From a virus: a stretch of 64,000 nucleotides of DNA. Within the stretch, counting starts at the first letter, position 1. The number at the start of each line of letters is the position of its first letter. The notes under the pieces are model-generated. The model made no database searches. It saw nothing but the letters and a program-made list of their open reading frames with translations, and was not told the origin of the DNA. Location: IMG/VR virus record IMGVR_UViG_3300050821_016057, positions 1 to 64,000 of that record. One strand, written 5' to 3'. Positions 27,062 through 36,212 of the stretch are shown here, one piece after another. The position numbers and the translations under genes were made by a program.

Positions 27062-28177
27062 ATGGCCGACCTCCCCACCAGGCTCGACATCTACGCGCTC
27101 GGCCGGCAGTACCTGCTGTCGAAGGCCACCCAGATCGAGCCGTCCAAGGTCGACGTCGACGGGAGCAACTCCAACATCTTCGTGGGCTCGACCAGCGTGA
27201 TGATCGACGCGGTCACCCGGCAGCTGGGTTACTCGCTCAGCAAGACGTTCCTGGACGGGGCGGTCGGGGAGGACCTGGACCGGTGGGCGTACGACCGCTA
27301 CCAGGAGACCCGGAAGGGCGCGTCGGCCGCGCTGGGCTCGGTCCGGTTCTTCCGGTCGACCACCGGCGGCGGGGCGGGTTCGATCCCGATCGGCACCCTG
27401 CTGACCACGCTGACCGGGGTCCAGTACGAGACCACGACCACGGCCAGCTTCGGGGTGAGCGACTTCATCAGCGCGGCGAGCGTGCGCGCCACCCAGGCGG
27501 GCAAGGCGACCGAGGTGGGGGCCAACCAGATCACCCGGTTCTCCAAGCCGGCGCTCCTGTTCGACCAGACCATGCAGGTCAACAACGACCTGACGACGGC
27601 GGGCGGGGAGGACGCGGAGGACGACGACACGTTCAAGCTCCGGCTCAGGAAGTTCTGGCTGACCGCGCGGCGCGGCGTGCTCAGCGCGATCGAGCAGGGG
27701 GCGACGTCGGTGCCGGGCGTGGTGAGCGCGAGCGCGGTGGAGGCGCTGACGTCGGGCAACCTGCCCGCCCGGGTGGTGAACCTGTACATCGCGGACTCGA
27801 GCGCGGTCGCCTCGGCCGAGCTGGCCGCGCTGGTGGCGGTCCAGCTGGGCGACTACCGGGGGGGCGGGATCCCGGTCATCATCTCGACGTCGATCCCGAC
27901 GCTGGTCAACCTGTCCGTCCAGGTGGGGTTCCAGGCCGGGGTGAACACGAGCGTGCTGGCCGACCAGATCCGCGCGTCCCTGGTCTCGTACGTCAACTCG
28001 CTGGGGGTCAACCAGACGCTCGGGGTGGGGGACATCTACACGGTGCTGATCCGGTTCCGGGCGGCGGGCGTGGTGGTCACCCAGCAGTCGATCGTCCAGC
28101 CGGCCGGCGACATCGTGCCGCTCATCGGGCAGACGCTCCGCACCGTGCTGGCCAACGTGCTGGTGAACGGGTCGTGA
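27062..28177 (+). CDS. Baseplate J/gp47 family protein
   Basis: FLDGAVGEDLD, RKGASAALG, GGEDAEDDDTFKLRL, VPGVVSA motifs. Confidence 0.9.
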   Translation: MADLPTRLDIYALGRQYLLSKATQIEPSKVDVDGSNSNIFVGSTSVMIDAVTRQLGYSLSKTFLDGAVGEDLDRWAYDRYQETRKGASAALGSVRFFRSTTGGGAGSIPIGTLLTTLTGVQYETTTTASFGVSDFISAASVRATQAGKATEVGANQITRFSKPALLFDQTMQVNNDLTTAGGEDAEDDDTFKLRLRKFWLTARRGVLSAIEQGATSVPGVVSASAVEALTSGNLPARVVNLYIADSSAVASAELAALVAVQLGDYRGGGIPVIISTSIPTLVNLSVQVGFQAGVNTSVLADQIRASLVSYVNSLGVNQTLGVGDIYTVLIRFRAAGVVVTQQSIVQPAGDIVPLIGQTLRTVLANVLVNGS

Positions 28178-30330
28178 CCATCGACTCGTTCCAGGGGCCG
28201 CTGACGGCCGAGGACCTCCAGGCGATCTGGGAGGGGGCGGTCGACCGCAGCTACCGCGAGCCGCTGATCGCGGCCGGCGAGGGCGGGGGGTTCGAGGTGT
28301 ACACGCAGGCGTTCCAGCAGGCGGCGCGCCTCTCGTCCGCGGTCGACTACTCGACCCAGCAGCTCTACATCCAGCCGTGGAGCGGGCAGTCGGGCCCGCC
28401 CGCCTCGGGTCCCAGCCAGGCGACCGTTCAGCTGTCGTTCTCCCGCTCCGGGTTCAGCGAGAAGCCGCTCGTCCTGTCGGCCGGGCAGTTCGTGGACGAG
28501 GTGCAGCTGGACCACGGGCCGAGCGGGCCCGTGCCGGTCAACACGGGCCGGCGCTACCAGCTGCTCGAGAACGTGGTGTTCCCGCCGGGCGAGTCGGGCC
28601 CGTTCGAGGCGGCCGCGCAGGCCGAGCGCCCCGGGTTCGGGTACAACAACCCGCTGCCCGGCTCGATCTCGTTCGTCGAGAACGTGGGGACGCGCCTGCA
28701 CAACGTGCTGGCCACGCTGACCAGGACGGCCGGCTCGGCGCCCGGCGCGCCGGTGGGCCCCGCGCTCACCTACCAGCTGGTCGCGCTCGACGTGACCGAC
28801 ATGCCGGTCCCGGCCAACGTCGGGCAGTACGTGCTGTTCACGAGCGGGGCCAACGAGGGGGCGGTCGCGCTCGCCACCGGGTTCATCTCGCCCGACCCGG
28901 GCGCGTCCCTGGGCAGCGGGCTCGTCCTGTCGCCCGTCCTGGCGTTCGAGGGGTTCACGGTCGCGCACGCGTTCCGGGTCGGCCAGCCCGTCCAGTTCTT
29001 CGACTCCACCCCCACCCTGGTGGCGACCGGCGTGCTGCTGGGGGCGGTCCCGTACTCGGGCGGGACCAAGTGGACGGTGCTGCTCCAGCAGGGCGACCCG
29101 ACCGCGGCCGTGCAGATGGCGCAGCCGCAGGCCTCGGGGCCGACCGCCACCTCGACGATGGACGTCATCCAGCAGCACCCGCTCCTCACCCCGGAGGCGC
29201 CGAGCGGCATCCCGCTGGCGGGCGGGGCGGGTTGGCAGGTGCTCGACTGGGCTCAGGACTGGGAGCTCACCTGCACCAACGCGGCGCAGCCGGAGGGGGG
29301 GGCGCTGGGGATGCTCGACCTGATCGGGGCGGAGCGGGACCTGCCCCGGCACTTCCAGGAGGGGGACGGGCCGTACCGGGACCGCCTCTGGCAGATCGCG
29401 GACGTGGTCACCCCCAACGCGCTACGGCGGGCGCTCTACCAGGCACTGGGGACCATCCCTTGGTGCTACCGGGAGACCGGCGACAACACGCTCCCCGGCT
29501 TCTTCTACGACCGGACCGGGGACGTGAACGGCGACTTCTACGACGACAGCCTGATCCTCTGGGAGGGCACCCTCACCTCGGGGTCGTTCAGCGTCGGGGA
29601 CCCGATCGTCTACCAGCGGCAGGTGCCGGCCTCGACCGGCCCGTGGCTCGTGCAGGCCGAGGGGGTGTTCGCCGGGATGATCGGGCCGATCTCGACCCTG
29701 GTGGGCGCCCGGTCGAACGGGGTGACGCTCCCCCAGTCGATCGTCTACGTGGAGGGGCTGCTGAACGTGCCCAACCAGGGGAGCTTCACGGTCGGTGCTT
29801 CGACCGTCACCTACACGGGGGTGGACAACGTCAACCTGGCGTTCACCGGGTGCTCGGGCGGGACCGACACGCTCGCGACGGGCGAGTTCGTCCTGATCGT
29901 GGGCGACCAGATGCTCAGCCCGCGGAACAACGGCACGCTCCTGTTCTCGCCCCGGCAGGGCGCGCAGGCGTTCGAGCCGGTGGCGGGGGACCGGATCCTC
30001 AACAAGCGCAACGGGGCCGTCTTCGCCCCGGCGTCCAACCCGCCCAACGACTTCGACGTGTCCCGCCGGTGGCACGTCTACCTGAGCTACGAGGACTTCC
30101 GGGGCTACTTCTTGGTCGAGGTGCCCGCGCTGGGGTTCGGCGAGTTCGGGCTGGCGTATGACGACGGGCCGGTGGGCGCGTACGACGCGGGCCCGCTGTT
30201 CGACGACTTCTACGACGGGTTCCCGGCCGGCAACCCGCCCGTCTACCTGGGCGCGTACAACGAGCTGCTGACCAAGAAGTTGGGCGGGGTGGGGTTCGAC
30301 CTCTTCCTGACGAGCGGCCCCTGCCCTTGA
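28174..30330 (+). CDS. Baseplate wedge/tail protein I-like with inserted domains
   Basis: GTG overlaps upstream stop; LDLIGAERDLPR..EGDGPYRDRL motif. Confidence 0.7.
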   Translation: MTIDSFQGPLTAEDLQAIWEGAVDRSYREPLIAAGEGGGFEVYTQAFQQAARLSSAVDYSTQQLYIQPWSGQSGPPASGPSQATVQLSFSRSGFSEKPLVLSAGQFVDEVQLDHGPSGPVPVNTGRRYQLLENVVFPPGESGPFEAAAQAERPGFGYNNPLPGSISFVENVGTRLHNVLATLTRTAGSAPGAPVGPALTYQLVALDVTDMPVPANVGQYVLFTSGANEGAVALATGFISPDPGASLGSGLVLSPVLAFEGFTVAHAFRVGQPVQFFDSTPTLVATGVLLGAVPYSGGTKWTVLLQQGDPTAAVQMAQPQASGPTATSTMDVIQQHPLLTPEAPSGIPLAGGAGWQVLDWAQDWELTCTNAAQPEGGALGMLDLIGAERDLPRHFQEGDGPYRDRLWQIADVVTPNALRRALYQALGTIPWCYRETGDNTLPGFFYDRTGDVNGDFYDDSLILWEGTLTSGSFSVGDPIVYQRQVPASTGPWLVQAEGVFAGMIGPISTLVGARSNGVTLPQSIVYVEGLLNVPNQGSFTVGASTVTYTGVDNVNLAFTGCSGGTDTLATGEFVLIVGDQMLSPRNNGTLLFSPRQGAQAFEPVAGDRILNKRNGAVFAPASNPPNDFDVSRRWHVYLSYEDFRGYFLVEVPALGFGEFGLAYDDGPVGAYDAGPLFDDFYDGFPAGNPPVYLGAYNELLTKKLGGVGFDLFLTSGPCP

Positions 30331-30353
30331 AGTGGTGACAGCGGCCCGTCGGC

Positions 30354-30362
30354 TGATAGGCT
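30354..30362 (+). promoter_or_regulatory. Class I extended -10 (TGATAGGCT), leaderless
   Basis: 6 nt before ATG 30369. Confidence 0.6.
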
Positions 30363-30368
30363 CCCGGC

Positions 30369-32039
30369 ATGTCGAGCCGCTCAGGTAATCGGGGACTGGT
30401 CATGAACACGGCTGAGCGAGCGCTCAGCACGGACATCAACCGGCTGCAGGCCATGCAGTCGGCGGGGCTGCTCGAGTTCCTGCGGTTCATGCTGGACGTG
30501 GACGGGTCGAGCGACGACGTGAACGCGGGCGGGTACTCGGTCGAGAACGTGACGACCGGCAACCCGATGGACGGGGCGGTCATCGCCGGCATCTGCGTGA
30601 TCCCGCAGATCGGCACGCTCAACCTGGGGGTGACGGACGGGCTGGCCCTGGTGATCAACCCGGACGCCAGCCCGAGCGCGGACGACTCGGTCTACAAGTA
30701 CGTGCGGGACGGCGGCGGGATGCCGATCTGCTTCGAGACCTCGGGCGGGGGGGCGCTCGCCATGACCGCCAACGCGAGCGGGTTCCCGAGGATCGACGTG
30801 GTCGAGTGCCAGCGGGTGGACGACCCCAGCCCGGAGACGGACAGCCGGGACGTGTTCAACCCGACGACCGGGCTGTTCACGGCCACGACCGTCCAGAAGA
30901 CGGTCGACTCGACGTTCCAGTACCGGGTCCGAGCGGGCACGCCCAACGGCGGGTTCCCGGGGACGGCGAGCGGGTGGATGCCGCTCTGCGTCGCGCTGGT
31001 GCCGACCGGCTCCACGACCTGCGACTCGATGACCTTCTGGGACGTGCGCAACATGATCCGCGACCGCATCTTCGGGAGCGCGCCCGTCGAGGTGGACCTG
31101 CCCCGGCGCGGCCGGTCGCTCATGCACTCGGTGAACAAGGGGGGGGGGACCAGCCACTTCGTGGGCGGGGTGGTGGAGGTGGAGGGCGGGCAGAAGCGGA
31201 TCGGCGGGCAGATCCGCCGGGGCAGCCCGGGCACCGACTTCGGGTTGGCGCAGGTCGACTTCAGCGACGCGGCCAACCAGGACGCGACCCTGAACATCTC
31301 GGGCTCCTCCGGGCTGGCGTTCTACTACCTGGTGACCCCGTTCGGCCTGCCCCGGTGGGCCCGGTACACGGACGTGGCGGCGGGCCTGCGCGCGCCCCGG
31401 AGCCCGCGCGGCATCCACCTGCTGAGCACGGTGCCGCCCAGCCACGTCTACGGGATCGCGACCGCCCCGATCACGTTCCCGAGCGCGTTCGGGTTCAACG
31501 GCGCGACCACCACCGAGGCGGTGTGCTGGGGGGCGACCACGTACTCGTCGGGCACGCTGTCCGTGCAGTGCACGAGCGACGGCTGGACGGACCTGCAGCT
31601 GGCCACGCCGGCCGTCAACGGCTCGGCGACCGCGGTGAGCGGGACGTGGACGCTGGTCGAGAACACGCACTTCCCGGCCGGGGCGACCCGGCTCAAGGTG
31701 CAGGTCCACCTGCTGATCGGGGCGACCTCGGCCGCCGCCGCCACCTCGCTCTGCCCGGTGGGGGTGGACCTGATCACCGGGTGCGTCGGGTTCGTGACCG
31801 AGCAGTTCAGCCAGTCGACGGCCGACACCCAGATCATCACCGCGCCCGACACCAGCCAGATCCCGTTCACGCAGGACGTGTTCTGGACGCTCGAGGTCAG
31901 CCTGCCCAACGAGTACCCGAACCTGACCACCCCGCGGAGCTACACGGTCGGCTACACGCTCGCGCCGGGCGGGGTGCTGGCCACGCACTTCACGGTCAAC
32001 GCGGCCCCGACCGTCCAGGTGCTCGCCTGGAAGATGTAG
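30369..32039 (+). CDS. Tail fibre/receptor-binding protein
   Basis: ANASGFPRIDVV and GW.PL..A.VP...T...DVR motifs common at fibre N-termini; last gene of tail module. Confidence 0.65.
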   Translation: MSSRSGNRGLVMNTAERALSTDINRLQAMQSAGLLEFLRFMLDVDGSSDDVNAGGYSVENVTTGNPMDGAVIAGICVIPQIGTLNLGVTDGLALVINPDASPSADDSVYKYVRDGGGMPICFETSGGGALAMTANASGFPRIDVVECQRVDDPSPETDSRDVFNPTTGLFTATTVQKTVDSTFQYRVRAGTPNGGFPGTASGWMPLCVALVPTGSTTCDSMTFWDVRNMIRDRIFGSAPVEVDLPRRGRSLMHSVNKGGGTSHFVGGVVEVEGGQKRIGGQIRRGSPGTDFGLAQVDFSDAANQDATLNISGSSGLAFYYLVTPFGLPRWARYTDVAAGLRAPRSPRGIHLLSTVPPSHVYGIATAPITFPSAFGFNGATTTEAVCWGATTYSSGTLSVQCTSDGWTDLQLATPAVNGSATAVSGTWTLVENTHFPAGATRLKVQVHLLIGATSAAAATSLCPVGVDLITGCVGFVTEQFSQSTADTQIITAPDTSQIPFTQDVFWTLEVSLPNEYPNLTTPRSYTVGYTLAPGGVLATHFTVNAAPTVQVLAWKM

Positions 32040-32663
32040 TCACGGGCAGCAGAGGAACGTCAGGGCGATCCCGCTGACCACCTTGGGGGCCTGCCGGCAT
32101 CCCGTCAGGGAGGTCAGGAAGCGAGCCGGCGCGCCGTTGCTCCCCCCGCCGACCCACGGGGTGCCGGTGCAGTCCGGGCCCGCCGCGTACGTGGCCGGCA
32201 GCCCGGCCTCCGCGCAGGCCTGGTAGGGGAGCGACGGGTCGATCTGGACCCGACACGCCCCCCCGCACAACCCCACCCGCCCGTTGTCCCCGCAGGTCTG
32301 GTCGGTCGGGCACGCCTGGCCCTCCGCGCAGCTCTGGGCCGGGGCGGCGTCCAGCACCCACGCGGGGGCGTCCTGCTGCCCCGCAGACGCGTCCGAGGGG
32401 GGTGGGGGTAGGGCGTCCCCCGGGGGGAGGCGCGCGAGCGCGTCCTGGGGGCGGCTAGCGGCCTCGGCGGGACCGCCCGCGTCCGGCTCGGGGGCGGCGC
32501 GGGTGCCCAGGACGGTCTGGGGGGCGTCCGGAGCGGCGTCGGGCCCGGAGTCGGCCGCGACCTCGAACGCCGGCCCCCCGCAGGCGAGGGAGAGGAGGGA
32601 GAAGGCGAGCAGGATCAACATCTTGGCGCTCACGGCGCCATGCCGAATGGCCGCCGCGCTCAC
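32040..32663 (-). CDS. Cys-rich lipoprotein with DA(A/G/P) linker repeats (start may be 32633 or 32621)
   Basis: Signal peptide LILLAFSLLSLA-CGG; disordered DSGPDAAPDAP linker; Cys-rich C-terminus ending FLCCP. Confidence 0.7.
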   Translation of the reverse strand: MSAAAIRHGAVSAKMLILLAFSLLSLACGGPAFEVAADSGPDAAPDAPQTVLGTRAAPEPDAGGPAEAASRPQDALARLPPGDALPPPPSDASAGQQDAPAWVLDAAPAQSCAEGQACPTDQTCGDNGRVGLCGGACRVQIDPSLPYQACAEAGLPATYAAGPDCTGTPWVGGGSNGAPARFLTSLTGCRQAPKVVSGIALTFLCCP

Positions 32664-32795
32664 GACGTCACCTCGCCCAAACGGACGACCGCGCGGTGCT
32701 CGATAATGCGCGCCTCGAGCGCGTCCACGCAGGCGTCGCGCCAGCAGCCCTCGGAGGTAGTGGGTGCCGTTGAATGTGACGCGGTTGCCGTTCAT
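32660..32795 (-). pseudogene. Small frameshifted gene
   Basis: GGAGG RBS and ATG 32795; GC3-rich coding moves to +1 frame near 32755 and ends at TGA overlapping the next GTG. Confidence 0.45.
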
Positions 32796-32832
32796 GGTCT
32801 CTTCCTCCCGGGCGCCTCGGCGCCACCCCCTA

Positions 32833-32872
32833 CCTATGCCCCGAGCCCGGGCGTCGTGCAAGTCTTTTTATC
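32833..32872 (-). promoter_or_regulatory. Sigma70-like early promoter GATAAAAAGAC-TTGCAC-N17-CATAGG
   Basis: 16-bp block identical to 41761-41776; 17-bp spacer. Confidence 0.7.
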
Positions 32873-32876
32873 TGGA

Positions 32877-32894
32877 CCCAAACCCGGGTTTGGG
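32877..32894. repeat. 18-bp palindrome copy 8
   Basis: Exact; between divergent genes. Confidence 0.97.
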
Positions 32895-32933
32895 GAGGTG
32901 GCACGGCCGGCCGCCCCGTGAGAGGCTCCCCGG

Positions 32934-33455
32934 ATGTACAAGCTGGAGGACGTGCTGACCCTGCCGACCGGGTGCCTGGTCGTGCTGCTCGCGGTGGTGA
33001 CGCTGCTGCTGCGCCGGCTGATCGAGGCCCTGAACCCGTCGCTGTCTAAGGACACCCCGGCGACGCGCGGGCAGCGGGTGTGGGAGATGTTCTGCCTGCC
33101 GGCCCTGCCGGCCGCGCTGGGCACGCTGTTCTGCTCGGTCGTCCCGCCGCGCATGTACCCGTACCCGGCCGTCGCCATGGTGACCCCGCTCAGCCTGGCC
33201 ACGTACGGGTTTACGCTGGGCTGGTTCAGCTCGGGCGGGTACCGGGCGATCGCCGCGCTGCTCCAGCGGAAGTGGAACGTGGCCATCCCGGGGGGGAGCG
33301 ACCCCCCGCCCCCGATCCCGGCGGCCGCGCTGGGCGGGGTGCCGGTGCGGGTGTGCAGCCACTGCAAGACCTGCTGGAGCCCCCCGCCCGAGCCGTGCCC
33401 CAACTGCCACGAGGTGCCGACCCGGCGCGACCTGCCGGCCCTACCCCCGAAGTGA
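32934..33455 (+). CDS. Holin-like membrane protein with C-terminal zinc ribbon
   Basis: Three hydrophobic segments; CSHC...CPNC; TGAGAGGCT 6 nt upstream. Confidence 0.55.
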   Translation: MYKLEDVLTLPTGCLVVLLAVVTLLLRRLIEALNPSLSKDTPATRGQRVWEMFCLPALPAALGTLFCSVVPPRMYPYPAVAMVTPLSLATYGFTLGWFSSGGYRAIAALLQRKWNVAIPGGSDPPPPIPAAALGGVPVRVCSHCKTCWSPPPEPCPNCHEVPTRRDLPALPPK

Positions 33456-33575
33456 GCCCTCGCGCGCGTGCGCATTAAGATCTTAAGTATTTTAAGAGAT
33501 AGGGGTAGGTATCCCCATACCTATACCCCTTAGGTAGGGAGTGGGGTAGGGGGGTACGGGGGGGAGGGTTGGTTC
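33456..33575. other. Candidate replication origin
   Basis: Most conspicuous AT-rich patch seen; palindrome TTAAGATCTTAA; inverted repeat; G-run tract; junction of late and replication modules. Confidence 0.5.
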
Positions 33576-33679
33576 GTCGGTCCCTGGCGGGACCTCCCGC
33601 TCGCAGGCAAAGCCTGCTCGCCGCCCAGGTGTTGGTAGGTTGGAAAAGCACCGGTGCGAAAGTACTTGGAGGGTGGGGA

Positions 33680-33697
33680 CCCAAACCCGGGTTTGGG
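33680..33697. repeat. 18-bp palindrome copy 9
   Basis: Exact; 11 nt upstream of a class II motif. Confidence 0.97.
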
Positions 33698-33708
33698 TGG
33701 TCGGGTGG

Positions 33709-33718
33709 GCGGCATAAG
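33709..33718 (+). promoter_or_regulatory. Class II motif GCGGCATAAG, leaderless
   Basis: 7 nt before ATG 33726. Confidence 0.65.
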
Positions 33719-33725
33719 GTCGGGC

Positions 33726-35222
33726 ATGAGCAGGGTCCTGGTCAGGGTCGACAACCGCGTGCGAGTCCCGATCGGGGGGGAGGTCAGCGAGCGGCTGGCC
33801 TCTCACATCCGCGAGGACTTCACGCACGACAACCCGCAGCGGGAGATGCTGCGCCGGATCGGCAAGCCGTTCTGGGGCGAGCCCAAGACGATCGAGACGT
33901 GGGGGATCGGGTCGCCCTCGGGCCGGGGGGACGGGACCGACGAGCTGACCGTGCCGCGCGGCGGGATGGCGAGGGTTCGGGCCCGGCTGGAGGAGGCGGG
34001 GCTGCGCCGGCAGGTGTCGGACGAGCGGGAGCCCGGGGACCCGTCGGGCGAGTCGATGCCCGAGCACCGGGTGGAGCTGTACCCGTACCAGGAGCACGCG
34101 GTGCAGCAGGCGCTGGCCCGGGAGTGCGGGATCCTGCGCGCCCCGACAGGCTCGGGAAAAACGTGCATCGCGTTCGGGTTCATGGCGCGGGCCAAGGTCT
34201 GCACGCTCGTGATCGTGTACAACGCCGGCCTGTTCGACCAGTGGGTGAAGCGGGCCGGCAAGGAGTTGGGGCTGGGGGAGGGGGACTGCGGGGTGATCCG
34301 CGGCTCGGCGCGCCGGCTGCGCCCGTTCACGGTGGCGATGCAGCAGACGCTGTCGGCGCGCGGGGTGGACGAGCGGTTGCGCGGGTACTTCGGGGCGGTG
34401 GTGGTGGACGAGACCCACCGGGCGGCCGCCCGGACTATGTTCGCGGCGGTCGACCCGTTCCCGGCCCGCTACCGGCTGGGGATCAGCGCGGACCACCGGA
34501 GGAAGGACCAGAAGGAGTTCTTGACCGAGGACCTGTTCGGCCCGGTGATCGACGACATCAAGCGCAAGGACCTGATCAAGTCGGGGCACGTGCTGGACGT
34601 GCAGGTGCGGGTGATCCCGACCGACTTCGAGGCCGACTGGTACGGGATGCCGACCGACGACGAGCCCGACCGGGAGGTGGACACGGTGCGGCTCAACCGG
34701 GAGCTGAGCGAGGACTTCGCCCGGAACGAGCTGATCCTGTCGGCCGTGCTGGACGAGCAGCAGCGTGGCGAGCAGGTGCTGGTGTTCTCGCACCTGCGCG
34801 AGCACTGCCAGGTGCTGGACCAGCGGTTGGTCGGGCTGGGGGTCCGGACCGGGTTCCTGATCGGCGGGGCCGACTACCGGCCGGAGTTCGTGAAGACGGT
34901 GGCGGGCCTGGAGGGCGGGTCGGTGAGGGTCGGGGTGGGGACGTTCCAGGCGGTCGGGCAGGCGATCGACCTGCCCACCGTGAGCGCGGGGGTGTGCGCG
35001 ACCCCGATCGGCTCGAACCGGCAGGTGTTCAACCAGGTGAGGGGCCGGTTCTGCCGGACCAGCGCGGGCAAGACGACCGCGCGCCTCTACTACCCGTGGG
35101 ACCGGCACGTGTTCGGGCTGAAGCACCTGCAGAACATCGTGAGCTGGAACGCCGACGTGGTGGTCCGCGACGAGGACGGCGAGTGGGTGGACGGGCGCCG
35201 GTACTTGAAGCGCCCCGGGTAG
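33726..35222 (+). CDS. SF2 DExH helicase (UvsW/ResIII-like)
   Basis: LYPYQ, APTGSGKT, VVVDETH, GISA, QVRGRFCR motifs. Confidence 0.92.
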   Translation: MSRVLVRVDNRVRVPIGGEVSERLASHIREDFTHDNPQREMLRRIGKPFWGEPKTIETWGIGSPSGRGDGTDELTVPRGGMARVRARLEEAGLRRQVSDEREPGDPSGESMPEHRVELYPYQEHAVQQALARECGILRAPTGSGKTCIAFGFMARAKVCTLVIVYNAGLFDQWVKRAGKELGLGEGDCGVIRGSARRLRPFTVAMQQTLSARGVDERLRGYFGAVVVDETHRAAARTMFAAVDPFPARYRLGISADHRRKDQKEFLTEDLFGPVIDDIKRKDLIKSGHVLDVQVRVIPTDFEADWYGMPTDDEPDREVDTVRLNRELSEDFARNELILSAVLDEQQRGEQVLVFSHLREHCQVLDQRLVGLGVRTGFLIGGADYRPEFVKTVAGLEGGSVRVGVGTFQAVGQAIDLPTVSAGVCATPIGSNRQVFNQVRGRFCRTSAGKTTARLYYPWDRHVFGLKHLQNIVSWNADVVVRDEDGEWVDGRRYLKRPG

Positions 35223-35245
35223 CAGCTCGACCGGAGCAACCTCTG

Positions 35246-35255
35246 GCGGCATAAG
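35246..35255 (+). promoter_or_regulatory. Class II motif GCGGCATAAG
   Basis: Intergenic, upstream of a leadered gene. Confidence 0.6.
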
Positions 35256-35325
35256 GGGCTCCGGCAGTAGGCTTGTCGGTCCGAGTAGCACACCAGTGTC
35301 GGCACACTCTGAGGAGGCACGTCGA

Positions 35326-35724
35326 ATGAGGAAGCGGAGCGAGGTAGGCGGGGCGGAAGAGCGCGCGAACCCCAAGTACGAGGCTGGGATGGACACCCAC
35401 CAGGAGGACGCCCGGGGCCCAAACCCGGGTTTGGGTCCCACCCTGGACCCGCCCGAGCCGGGGGCGGTGGTGTTCGGGGACCGGACGTTCCGGGCCGTGT
35501 GGGGGGAGGAGAAGATCACGCCGGTGCCGGGCAGCTACTCGACCGTGACGGTGGGGCCGTTCGAGAGCCTGTTCGTGGTGGCGGCGGGCGGGGACGCGGC
35601 GCGGGCGCTCGACCACGCCAACCGGGAGCTGGCCGCGTTCGCGGAGGTGGAGCGGGAGCGCAAGGTCCAGTCGTTCCTGAACAAGACGCGCCAGGTCACC
35701 GCCGGCGCGAAGGGGGACCGCTGA
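35326..35724 (+). CDS. Hypothetical protein starting MRKRSE
   Basis: GAGGAGG RBS; stop overlaps next start. Confidence 0.65.
   Translation: MRKRSEVGGAEERANPKYEAGMDTHQEDARGPNPGLGPTLDPPEPGAVVFGDRTFRAVWGEEKITPVPGSYSTVTVGPFESLFVVAAGGDAARALDHANRELAAFAEVERERKVQSFLNKTRQVTAGAKGDR
35418..35435. repeat. 18-bp palindrome copy 10 (inside CDS)
   Basis: Exact; read as PNPGLG. Confidence 0.97.
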
Positions 35725-36212
35725 TGGCCATGCAGGCCGGGGTGACCACGTTCGCCAACACGGGGGAGTTCCTGGGGGGCCGGGGGACCAAGAAGCCCAG
35801 GGCCAAGACGCTGCCGCCCAGCGTGATGGCCAAGAGTCGGTCGATGGTGCTGAGCATGATGCGGACGGGCGACTGGTCGGGCGCGAACGGGCGCGACTAC
35901 GTGGCGCTGTTCCAGATCCTGCACGAGCGGGTGTACGGGGTGCCGGCGAGCGAGCTGGACTCGCACGGGTGCTTCTTCGCCGCCGGGATGGCCGCCCAGC
36001 TGGTGGACCGGCAGTTCGGGGGGGACCCGGGCGCGATGGTGCAGTACATGCGGTGGGTGTGGGAGCGGGAGGTGGGCCGGGAGAAGTGGCGGCGCGAGAA
36101 CCCCGACCAGTCGAGGGGCGGTAGGATTGGCTACCGGGCGCTGCTCACGGGCAGCTACTTCCTGACCGACTACCGGATCGACGCGCAGCGCAGGAAGGCG
36201 AAGGGGCTGTGA
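35724..36212 (+). CDS. Hypothetical protein (replication module)
   Basis: TGATG coupling; 162 aa. Confidence 0.65.
   Translation: MAMQAGVTTFANTGEFLGGRGTKKPRAKTLPPSVMAKSRSMVLSMMRTGDWSGANGRDYVALFQILHERVYGVPASELDSHGCFFAAGMAAQLVDRQFGGDPGAMVQYMRWVWEREVGREKWRRENPDQSRGGRIGYRALLTGSYFLTDYRIDAQRRKAKGL

Noticed and set aside
13816-32039. Bacterial contractile injection system or tailocin
   Set aside because: Linked to portal, capsid and a full replication module, so a complete phage is the simpler reading
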